A DNA stretch of 40,000 bases from Candidatus Peregrinibacteria bacterium. Its GTDB lineage: Bacteria; Patescibacteriota; Gracilibacteria; UBA1369; PNNO01. The notes beneath the pieces are model-generated. The model worked only from the letters and a program-made list of their open reading frames with translations, had not been told where the DNA came from and did no database searches. The position numbers were made by a program, and so were the translations under genes. Below, piece after piece: positions 24,527-32,715 of the stretch. The stretch lies in NCBI GenBank assembly GCA_016928915.1, contig JAFGJT010000008.1, forward strand, positions 71,546-111,545, given 5' to 3'. The stretch's first letter is position 1. Each line of letters begins with the position of its first letter.

Positions 24527-27500
24527 TTATTCTTTCACGATAAATTTTTCTCCTCCTGTTCGTCCGAATATTTCAGGAAAGTACATTTGGCTTACCACGG
24601 CAGGCATATGCGAGAATTCTCCGGGCACCAAAGCGCGCAGGTAATAGTCGTAATGATATGTCCCCGGTGAAAGATGATCGGTGAACAGGAATAATCTGTC
24701 ATCGCGCAGTTCTTCTCTGCGAGGATATAGTTGATTAGGATCATAATCATAATTGCAGCCTTTTGCATTGCCGTTTTTGCACTCTTCATAGTCTTTGTAT
24801 AATGATTCGTTTTCAGTGGCGAGGGTAAAATTTACAAGTTCCGTTCCGGCCGGTATATAGTTTTCTATCGCAACAAAATTTCTGTCTTCAGGCACAATTA
24901 TTTCAAGACGTCCTTTTAAAATATCTCCTATTCGTGCTTCCGCAAGGGGTTTTTCAAGTTTTTTATCGTCAAGAGCATACAGTTTTTTTGTTATTGAAAA
25001 GCCTTCATCGCGCGGCGCGATATTTTCAACCGGAAGATAATATTTTAACAATACATCGTAATAGAAATTATTTTTTTCATTATTGTTGTTCTTTTTGGTG
25101 AACGTTAAAGGCAGAATTTTACCTATCTGCAGTTTTTCAAGCGGAGAGATTTTAACTTTTTCCTGATTTAAGATTGTTTGCGGATTAAAGCTGAATTCAT
25201 TTGTAATATCATCAACAGCGATTGTTAAATTAAAGTCCGACTTGTTTTCGTTTTGCCATTTAATAAAGTCCGTAAAAGAGTCAATAACAGCAAGTGTGGC
25301 TGCGGTTGAACCCCATGCCCCGTCTTTTTCACGTGTATTTAATAGCCATCTTAAAAGATTGCCGAGAGTTTCATTGTCTCTTTTATCGGCCGTGAGTGCT
25401 TTAAGATAAAGAGCGGTGTTTTTTTGGCTTGTTTCATAATATGACCATTCGTACTTACCGCTTAGCGGCATGTATGCGCCGCGCGCGTCAATTTTTACCC
25501 TGTTTTCAAGAAGTTTATACACCATATCTTTATCACCCGAATTAAACAGATTAGGATTTTCCGCAAGCGTAAGCGCCAGATATGTGAGCGTCATATTATT
25601 TAATTCTTCGTTCAGCAGTTTTTCATCCGCAAGAATCACCTCGCTTATTTTGGGCGCCAGTTCTTGAAGATAACTTGAATTATTGCTGATATTACTAAAT
25701 GCATATGCCGCATAAATAATATTTGATTCAGTCTGGTATGCTTTGTCAGTATTAATTTTGCCCAGAACATAATTTGCGGCATTAATAATTGCATTCTGGT
25801 TAACCTGATAACCAGCGCGGTTTAATGTGTTTAACATTGTTATCATGCGCAGAGTCAGGTGGTAGTTAGATTCCCATCCTTTGAAATATGTAAAACCGCC
25901 GTCGGAATTTTGATTTTCATAAATTTTTGAAAGACCGATTTTTACAACTTCGTCCGGTGAGTATTTTTTTCCTTCAAACGTAATCTCTTCCATTCGGAAT
26001 TTTTCTCCTATATTTTCAAGCGCAAGTCCGCGTTTTACTATTGCAATGGCCTCAAGTTTGCTTGCAATTTGTTCGGTGCAGCCGTATGCAAAATCCATTA
26101 AAGAGTTGAGCCCGCCGGAAATAAACACAGCAAGAGTGGCGCTTGTTCCTATGTTTAATTCGCCTTTGTCTTTTATTACATTTTCGGGGATATAAATATA
26201 TTCCGTCGCTGTATCTTCGTTAGTGTAATAAGCTGTTGCGGTTGATTCGTAAGTATTGTCGCGCGTTATAGAAATGCTTTGCTCAACAGTATCTTCTTCT
26301 TCGTTTGATTTTGCCGATAATGTAAATTTATGAATGCCCTCTTGTATAAGCGCCGGCGCCTGAGCATTAAAATATACTGTTTTTGTTTCACCCCTGCCTA
26401 TGCTTAAGTCGATTTCTTTGGATCCGTCCAGACTTAAAGTTTCCGAAGAAATCGTTACTTTAAGGTTCTGTATCTTATCGGACTGGTTGAATATTTTTGC
26501 GCCGAGTTTAAAGGTGTCTCCGGGCACGGCAAACCTTGGCTTTAGCGGTGTAATCATGAGATCTTTTTGCGTCATGATTTCATCGTAATCAACGCCAAGT
26601 TTTGTATCTTTTGATACTCCTATTGTTTCAACCTGCCAGGTTGTTAAATTATCGGGCAGATTAAATTTAACTTTTGCTGTTCCGTTTTCATCCGTATGAA
26701 TTACAGCCTGCCATAATGCTGTGTCCAAAAATTCACCGCGTTTTTTTGTATCATCAATGCCTCCTCCTCCGCCTTTGCCCGGCTTGATTTCAATTTCATG
26801 AAGCAGATTTTTTAAGTTTGCCGAAGTTGAAACAGTTAACGGAAATCCCGCGTAAAAGAATTTAACCGGATTTTTATGAGGGTTTCCTTTAAGAGCAAGA
26901 ACGCTTTCGTCAACAACCGCCACCGAAAGTTCGGTTTGCACAGGTTTTCCGTCATTATCTTTAACAGTGATATCAAGATTAACTTCTTCGCCCGGAAGAT
27001 ATTTTTCTTTTTCGGATTTTACATCAATTGTAAGTTCTTTTTGTTCCACATTTATAACATATGAGGTGCTCGCAAATTTAAGCCCGGGTTCGGCAGAAAG
27101 CAGGACCACCGAAGCATAAATATTAGGAATGTAATCATCGGTTATTTCAAATTCATGCTTGTAAAAACTTGAGGCAACGTCAACAATTTCGTAGTCAAAC
27201 ACGCGTCCGCGCTCAATCGCTATCAGCGCTTTTGCTTTTGCGTTAAAAGGATTTTTAATCATAAAGTCGGCCGTGTCTCCCACTTTAAGCATGCCGTTCG
27301 TATTTACTATTTCAAGGGTGGTGTCATTTGTTTTTCTTACAAGGCTTATTTCTCCGGCAAACTGATCTGATTCGGTTGCTTTATAAACATACACATTTTC
27401 GCTTGTTGTAATTTCGTTACCGCGGGAGTCTTTAGTTTGTAATATGATTTCGTATTCACCCTGCTCTTTAATAGTGAATTTCTTTGAATAATTTCCTTTT

Positions 27501-30500
27501 GTATCGGTTGAAAAGCTGAATTCTTCAATGGATGTCAGTTCTTTTTCGGTCCTATAGTAAAAACTTCCGTCAACTTCTTTTCGCTGAATGGTTTTCCATG
27601 TTACTTTGTTTATCGATCCTTTAATATCACCTTTACCAGCCGGTTTTCCGTCTTTATCAACCGATTTCGCTTTCATTTCAAATTCTTTTCCCTCGGGCAT
27701 AAAATAATCATCGGTTTTAACACCCAGATAAACATCTCCGGCATGAACTATAAATGACTTTTGGGTGCTTATCTGCTGGCCGCTTGTATTTTCGACGTTC
27801 AGATTAACAACAAAAATTTTGCTTTTTCTGTCTTCTTCCTCTTTAAACAGTTTTTCAAAGTTCATTTCATGCGTTATAACGGCTTTCCCGTCTTTTCCCA
27901 GTTCTTTTTCGCCTCTTAAAATAAACGTGTCGTTGGTCGGACATCCCCACCAGCATGAGTACCACGGGCTGCCGAAATTAAAATATTCATCAGTATACTT
28001 ATCAAAATAATAATCCTGGGCGACTATTGAATAATTGACTGTTCCGCCTTCAAGAGGAACGCCAAAATAATAGTTGGCATCAATATTCAGCGTGAATTTT
28101 TCGCCGGCAGTGTATTCTTCTTTGTCGGTTTTTGTTTCAACTTTAAATGCGGCATTTGTATATTCCTCAACATCAAAATATGCTGTTTGATTGTTGGAAT
28201 AAATATAATATCTGCCGAGCGGAGCTTCGGAGCTTATTATATAATCCGTGCTAAAAGTTCCGAATTCGTTAATTTCGCTTTCAGCGCTGTAAACGTTGTT
28301 ATATTCAGAGTCATTAACCGAAACTTCCATTTGTGTATCACGCAGAATTTTCATTTCATTATCAAACCCGGTGCGGTAAATGCCTTTGATATGCACAGTA
28401 TCGCCCGGCCTGTAAATCGGTCTGTCCGTGTAAATATAAATTCTGTCGGTATTATAAGCTGTTTCGGAGTACTGTAGCACCGTTGAATAATTGGGTATTA
28501 TTGCACTATCATTGCCGCTTGTTATAATCGCTCCGGCAGGGTTGGTAACAACTTTAACTTTTGCTACGCCGTTTTCATCTGTGCTTACCGATCGGGCAAT
28601 AACTATATCGTCGGAATTTTTCATGTCTTCATACCGGTACAGATCAATTTTTGCGTTTGAAATATTGTTAAGGGTTGATATATCGGTTACCCAGTACATG
28701 TTTTCAAGCTGTTCTTTTTGTTTATCCGTAAGTTTATTCTGATCCTGTATATAACTGTATTCGTAAGCCTGGATAACTTTTTCAATCGCCGAAATATTTG
28801 TTATTGTAAGATATGCATGTTCAAAAATTTGGTCATCGCTCCAGCCTTTATAATCCGGATTGGTAAAAGTTAAAACATAATGACCCGGTGTTTCCGGGAA
28901 ATAATCCGCAACTCTAATTTGAAAATAATTGCGCGCCCAGTAATTGCCGGGTATGTCGATTTGGTCGGTTTTAAGGTCTTCGCATGCAAGCTGATTATGC
29001 GCGGGTTCTTTATAGTCAAGACCGTTGTTTAAAGCCTCAAGCATTGTCAAAGGGTCCACTTTGCAGATCTGCACATCAACATAATCAAGATTTTCCGTTG
29101 CGTACGAAAGTTTTGTGGCCTTTGAGGTTGTAACCGAATAATGATCCTGCAGATGATAAATATTTGTAAGGATTTCGCCTATATTACCCGTTGTAAGGGT
29201 GATTTCTTTTGAGGCCGTCTGGTCAAACAGGTCTTTTAAATCAAGATTAATTTTATATTCGGTATATGGTTTTAAATAATAATAAATATCAGTCTGAAAT
29301 TCATATGGTTTGCACTCCGGATATTCTTTTTGTCCGGGGTCAATATAGTAAGACGAATTCCAGCTTTGGAATTTATATTCGGGGTTTATTTTTATAAAGT
29401 TATCGATTTTTTCTTGTTCGGGCGCGTAAAGCGGGGTGGAGGAGCATACGGTAAGCTTTTCGGTGTCTACGCCCTGTTTGCCTTCCTCCAGAACATTTTT
29501 GATTTCAAATTTCGGATAAGCATAAAGAGTATATTCAATTTCCTGATCTTGTGGATTTAATGTTACGCCTTCAACATTGACGATTTTTTTGATTTTCAGT
29601 GAGAGTTTTTCGCTGAAATCTATAAGACCGGACTGGAAGAAAACACGCAACTTGGTTTTATCCGTAATTTCTTCGCATTTTTCTTCCTCTGTATCATCAG
29701 TGCTCCATATAACTTTTTCAGTTTCGGCTTCCTGCTCTTTACATTTTTTCCCGTATTCGATATTTGTTGTTTTATCGCCTTCAATGCGGCTTCTTCCAAG
29801 GTCTGTTTCCTCGTAAAATTCGATTTCCAGATATCCTTTTGGATCAAGAAATTCTTTTGTGGCATAAAAAGAACGTTCCGAATGGGCGCTGACGTTTTTT
29901 ACAATTTCGGTAACCGTAAGCGTGCTTGTGTTTTTTTCATCAAGAACAATATCGCCCTCAAGCGGATATGCCTTTAAAATTTCAAGATTGTATACATTGG
30001 CAAAATCCCAAAGTTTTGAGCGGCCGTGTGAGTCTTGCGCCTGATAGACCGCAAGAACCGAATTATCAGTTTTTTCTTCATATTTATGAGTTTCGTTGTT
30101 CCACATGGAACGTTTGCCGTATTCAACTAAAATATCCGCACTTTCAGCCGAGGTATTGTTAAACACTTCAATATGCGATTTTGTTTTTTCAATATCAACC
30201 GGCTGATTAAAATATATGTTTATGGGCTTGTTATAAACAATTTTCCCTGTATCGATTCTTTCATATCGGAGCGGTGTTGTGTTAAATGTATGTTCAACGG
30301 ATTCAATTTTAAGTCCTTCAAAAGAGGTAAATTCAGGCAGGGTTTTTACCGTATAATTTGCCGAACTTACAAGTGAGTCAGCCGGAATAAACTGTAGGCT
30401 TCGCGTTGAAATCCATTTCCATCTGCCGGTTGTTTTGGGTGTCATTTCTACGGGAACTGTATTTTTTTCAACTTCGCCGAGTGTTGTTAGAGGGATCATT

Positions 30501-30946
30501 GGTCTGTTAAATACCATGGTTATTTTGGAGTTCACCGGAGTTTCGGTGTCTTTGTTCGGGAAAATATTTAAAACTTTGGGAGGTTCGGTGATTTCAAAAA
30601 ATTGTTTAAACTCGCCTTCTTTTGCGGGAATTTTAATCTGGTAGACCATGCCCTGCTCAAGCGGTTTATCAGGGGTCAATATAACAACATTTTGCGCGGC
30701 GCCTTTATGCCATTCGCCTTCTATTTCAGGCGAGAATTCGATATTTTCAGTTGAGCCCGCCGCTTCCTTTGGAAGATTAACAATAATATCAGCCCCGGAA
30801 GAAATTTTTTCACTAACAATTGTTTGCGGAGCCTGGTATCGGCTTTCTTTTTGAGGACGGAGTTGGATGTAGTAAAATGCGGCGGCGGCCACAGCCAAAA
30901 TAACCGCGACAGGGATGACAACGGAAAGAAGTTTTTTTGCTTTCAT
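24527..30946 (-). CDS. Alpha-2-macroglobulin family protein (bacterial A2M) with an intact thioester, N-terminal TM anchor, 2139 aa
   Basis: The thioester motif G-C-T-E-Q is at 26069..26080 (Cys1623, checked in frame). The A2M-domain hallmark is FLDTALWQAVIHTDENGTAKVKFNLPDNLTTWQVETIGVS. There is a single N-terminal TM (LLSVVIPVAVILAVAAAAFYYI) and long beta-rich MG-like repeats. Confidence 0.88.
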   Translation of the reverse strand: MKAKKLLSVVIPVAVILAVAAAAFYYIQLRPQKESRYQAPQTIVSEKISSGADIIVNLPKEAAGSTENIEFSPEIEGEWHKGAAQNVVILTPDKPLEQGMVYQIKIPAKEGEFKQFFEITEPPKVLNIFPNKDTETPVNSKITMVFNRPMIPLTTLGEVEKNTVPVEMTPKTTGRWKWISTRSLQFIPADSLVSSANYTVKTLPEFTSFEGLKIESVEHTFNTTPLRYERIDTGKIVYNKPINIYFNQPVDIEKTKSHIEVFNNTSAESADILVEYGKRSMWNNETHKYEEKTDNSVLAVYQAQDSHGRSKLWDFANVYNLEILKAYPLEGDIVLDEKNTSTLTVTEIVKNVSAHSERSFYATKEFLDPKGYLEIEFYEETDLGRSRIEGDKTTNIEYGKKCKEQEAETEKVIWSTDDTEEEKCEEITDKTKLRVFFQSGLIDFSEKLSLKIKKIVNVEGVTLNPQDQEIEYTLYAYPKFEIKNVLEEGKQGVDTEKLTVCSSTPLYAPEQEKIDNFIKINPEYKFQSWNSSYYIDPGQKEYPECKPYEFQTDIYYYLKPYTEYKINLDLKDLFDQTASKEITLTTGNIGEILTNIYHLQDHYSVTTSKATKLSYATENLDYVDVQICKVDPLTMLEALNNGLDYKEPAHNQLACEDLKTDQIDIPGNYWARNYFQIRVADYFPETPGHYVLTFTNPDYKGWSDDQIFEHAYLTITNISAIEKVIQAYEYSYIQDQNKLTDKQKEQLENMYWVTDISTLNNISNAKIDLYRYEDMKNSDDIVIARSVSTDENGVAKVKVVTNPAGAIITSGNDSAIIPNYSTVLQYSETAYNTDRIYIYTDRPIYRPGDTVHIKGIYRTGFDNEMKILRDTQMEVSVNDSEYNNVYSAESEINEFGTFSTDYIISSEAPLGRYYIYSNNQTAYFDVEEYTNAAFKVETKTDKEEYTAGEKFTLNIDANYYFGVPLEGGTVNYSIVAQDYYFDKYTDEYFNFGSPWYSCWWGCPTNDTFILRGEKELGKDGKAVITHEMNFEKLFKEEEDRKSKIFVVNLNVENTSGQQISTQKSFIVHAGDVYLGVKTDDYFMPEGKEFEMKAKSVDKDGKPAGKGDIKGSINKVTWKTIQRKEVDGSFYYRTEKELTSIEEFSFSTDTKGNYSKKFTIKEQGEYEIILQTKDSRGNEITTSENVYVYKATESDQFAGEISLVRKTNDTTLEIVNTNGMLKVGDTADFMIKNPFNAKAKALIAIERGRVFDYEIVDVASSFYKHEFEITDDYIPNIYASVVLLSAEPGLKFASTSYVINVEQKELTIDVKSEKEKYLPGEEVNLDITVKDNDGKPVQTELSVAVVDESVLALKGNPHKNPVKFFYAGFPLTVSTSANLKNLLHEIEIKPGKGGGGGIDDTKKRGEFLDTALWQAVIHTDENGTAKVKFNLPDNLTTWQVETIGVSKDTKLGVDYDEIMTQKDLMITPLKPRFAVPGDTFKLGAKIFNQSDKIQNLKVTISSETLSLDGSKEIDLSIGRGETKTVYFNAQAPALIQEGIHKFTLSAKSNEEEDTVEQSISITRDNTYESTATAYYTNEDTATEYIYIPENVIKDKGELNIGTSATLAVFISGGLNSLMDFAYGCTEQIASKLEAIAIVKRGLALENIGEKFRMEEITFEGKKYSPDEVVKIGLSKIYENQNSDGGFTYFKGWESNYHLTLRMITMLNTLNRAGYQVNQNAIINAANYVLGKINTDKAYQTESNIIYAAYAFSNISNNSSYLQELAPKISEVILADEKLLNEELNNMTLTYLALTLAENPNLFNSGDKDMVYKLLENRVKIDARGAYMPLSGKYEWSYYETSQKNTALYLKALTADKRDNETLGNLLRWLLNTREKDGAWGSTAATLAVIDSFTDFIKWQNENKSDFNLTIAVDDITNEFSFNPQTILNQEKVKISPLEKLQIGKILPLTFTKKNNNNEKNNFYYDVLLKYYLPVENIAPRDEGFSITKKLYALDDKKLEKPLAEARIGDILKGRLEIIVPEDRNFVAIENYIPAGTELVNFTLATENESLYKDYEECKNGNAKGCNYDYDPNQLYPRREELRDDRLFLFTDHLSPGTYHYDYYLRALVPGEFSHMPAVVSQMYFPEIFGRTGGEKFIVKE

Positions 30947-31022
30947 AAATGAAAAATTATTGGTTTAAATTTTTATACGAAAATAGTTTAGCGATAAGTT
31001 TGTAATTTAGCCAGTGGTTTGC

Positions 31023-31050
31023 AAAAAAAACCCCCGCCTTGCGGTGGGGG
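31023..31050 (-). terminator. Rho-independent terminator downstream of tuf
   Basis: The minus-strand RNA CCCCCACC-GCAA-GGCGGGGG (8-bp GC stem with one A.C mismatch, GNRA-like loop) is followed by U8 (31023..31030). Confidence 0.7.
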
Positions 31051-31081
31051 CAACTAGGACTTACTCTAAATGCGAATTTTT

Positions 31082-31130
31082 GGGGAACGCGGCCTTGGTC
31101 GGCCGCTAAGGAACACGAAGACGTGTTCTA
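31082..31130 (-). repeat. Bipartite stop-codon hairpin element, copy at the tuf 3' end (stem sequence replaced, structure kept)
   Basis: UA-GAACACG-UCUU-CGUGUUC (31111..31130; the UAG is the tuf stop), then CUUA-GCGGCC-GACCAA-GGCCGC (31089..31106), then GUUCCCC. Confidence 0.6.
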
Positions 31131-32321
31131 CTCCACAATCTTTGTTACAACACCTGAACCTACCGTTCTTCCGCCTTCACGGATAGCAAATCTTGTTCCT
31201 TCGTCCATGGCGATAGGAGCGCCAAGTGCTACATTGAACTTTAGGTTGTCGCCGGGCATAACCATCTCAACATCAGCCGGTAATTCCACTGAACCGGTTA
31301 CATCTGTTGTTCTGATATAGAACTGTGGTTTATAACCTTTAAAGAATGGAGTGTGTCGTCCGCCTTCTTCTTTTGTCAGGATATAAACTTCAGCCTCGAA
31401 TTTTGTATGCGGCTTGATTGTTCCGGGTTTTGCGCAAACCTGTCCTCTTTCAATATCGTCACGTTCAATACCTCTAAGCAACAGCCCAACATTGTCTCCG
31501 GCGCGGCCTTCGTCGAGAAGTTTCTTGAACATTTCAACACCTGTTACAACTACTTTTCTTGTTGGCTTAATGCCTACGATTTCAACTTCATCATTGATTT
31601 TTACTATACCCTGGTCAACACGACCCGTAGCAACTGTTCCTCTTCCTTTAATTGAGAATACATCCTCAACCGGCATAAGGAATGGTTTATCAAGATCGCG
31701 TTTTGGTTCCGGAACGTATGTATCTAATGTTTCAAGTAATTTTACGATTGGTTCGGCATCAGGTCCGTTTGGATTTTCAAGAGCTTTTAAAGCAGAACCC
31801 CTGATAATCGGAGTTTCATCTCCAGGATATCCGTATTTTTTAAGAAGATCGCGCACTTCCATTTCAGCAAGTTCCGCAACTTCAGGATCCGCAACGTCAA
31901 TTTTATTTAAGAAAACAATAATATGTGGAACATTCACCTGGTGAGCCAAAAGAATGTGTTCGCGTGTCTGAGGCATAGGGCCGTCGGCTGCCGATACAAC
32001 AAGAATAGCACAGTCCATTTGGGCTGCTCCGGTAATCATGTTCTTTACATAGTCGGCGTGTCCCGGGCAGTCTACGTGCGCATAGTGTCTGTTTGCAGTT
32101 GTATACTCCTGGTGGGAAGTTGCGATTGTAATACCGCGCTCTTTTTCTTCAGGTGCATTGTCGATTGCGTCGAATGCAATCGCTTTGTTGCTTCCTCCGA
32201 ATTTAGCGGCGGCAACAGCTGTAATAGCTGAAGTAAGAGTTGTTTTACCATGATCTACGTGACCGATTGTTCCCACGTTTACGTGCGGTTTGCTTCGGTC
32301 AAATTTTTCTTGTTCTGCCAT
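31128..32321 (-). CDS. tuf: Elongation factor Tu
   Basis: [28 protein letters not shown] and NKID motifs in a 397-aa ORF. Confidence 0.97.
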   Translation of the reverse strand: MAEQEKFDRSKPHVNVGTIGHVDHGKTTLTSAITAVAAAKFGGSNKAIAFDAIDNAPEEKERGITIATSHQEYTTANRHYAHVDCPGHADYVKNMITGAAQMDCAILVVSAADGPMPQTREHILLAHQVNVPHIIVFLNKIDVADPEVAELAEMEVRDLLKKYGYPGDETPIIRGSALKALENPNGPDAEPIVKLLETLDTYVPEPKRDLDKPFLMPVEDVFSIKGRGTVATGRVDQGIVKINDEVEIVGIKPTRKVVVTGVEMFKKLLDEGRAGDNVGLLLRGIERDDIERGQVCAKPGTIKPHTKFEAEVYILTKEEGGRHTPFFKGYKPQFYIRTTDVTGSVELPADVEMVMPGDNLKFNVALGAPIAMDEGTRFAIREGGRTVGSGVVTKIVE

Positions 32322-32384
32322 GTGAATGGTTGGTTACTTATTAGAAAAATATATATGTAACGGAGTTTATCCGAATGCTAAGAG

Positions 32385-32413
32385 ATATTAGCGAAAGAAA
32401 TTTTCATTTGCAA
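32385..32413 (-). promoter_or_regulatory. Candidate tuf promoter
   Basis: TTGCAA - 17 nt - TAATAT on the minus strand, about 60 nt upstream of the tuf ATG. Confidence 0.4.
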
Positions 32414-32453
32414 GAGAAATTTTATTTAATAAGAATATTGAATTTAGAATACC

Positions 32454-32714
32454 ATGTTGAAGAAAAATGATTATTATGTTATAATATCAAATAAAGTAAA
32501 TAAAATGTTATTAAAAAAACAAAAAAATAAAATTCGCATTAAAGCATTAATAAAAGCTTTTCATGGTCTCAATAAAAGATTAGGAAATGAAATACTTTTG
32601 CTTGAGGAATTTAAAAAAGCATTAGATAGGTTAAAATTGAAAAGGACAGGAGAGAGTGAAGAGGAGCAATTAAAAAAGCTCGAGAAACAGATAGGAAATC
32701 TTAAAACAGAATGA
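32454..32714 (+). CDS. Hypothetical small Lys/Glu-rich coiled-coil protein (86 aa; the true start may be an internal Met)
   Basis: The ORF is coupled to the next gene (TGA-T-ATG at 32712..32718), has a heptad-like K/E/L composition and very AT-rich DNA. Confidence 0.45.
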   Translation: MLKKNDYYVIISNKVNKMLLKKQKNKIRIKALIKAFHGLNKRLGNEILLLEEFKKALDRLKLKRTGESEEEQLKKLEKQIGNLKTE

Positions 32715-32715
32715 T

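Noticed and set aside
30947-31022. Promoter for the A2M operon downstream of the tuf terminator
   Set aside because: Only a TATAAA-like hexamer is present, with no acceptably spaced -35. The spacings to TTACAA and TTATCG are 22 and 14 nt, so no call was made.
1659-31130. Whether the recurring hairpin repeats could be a CRISPR array
   Set aside because: The copies are kilobases apart, sit at the 3' ends of different genes, vary in stem sequence and are not separated by uniform short spacers. No cas genes are present.
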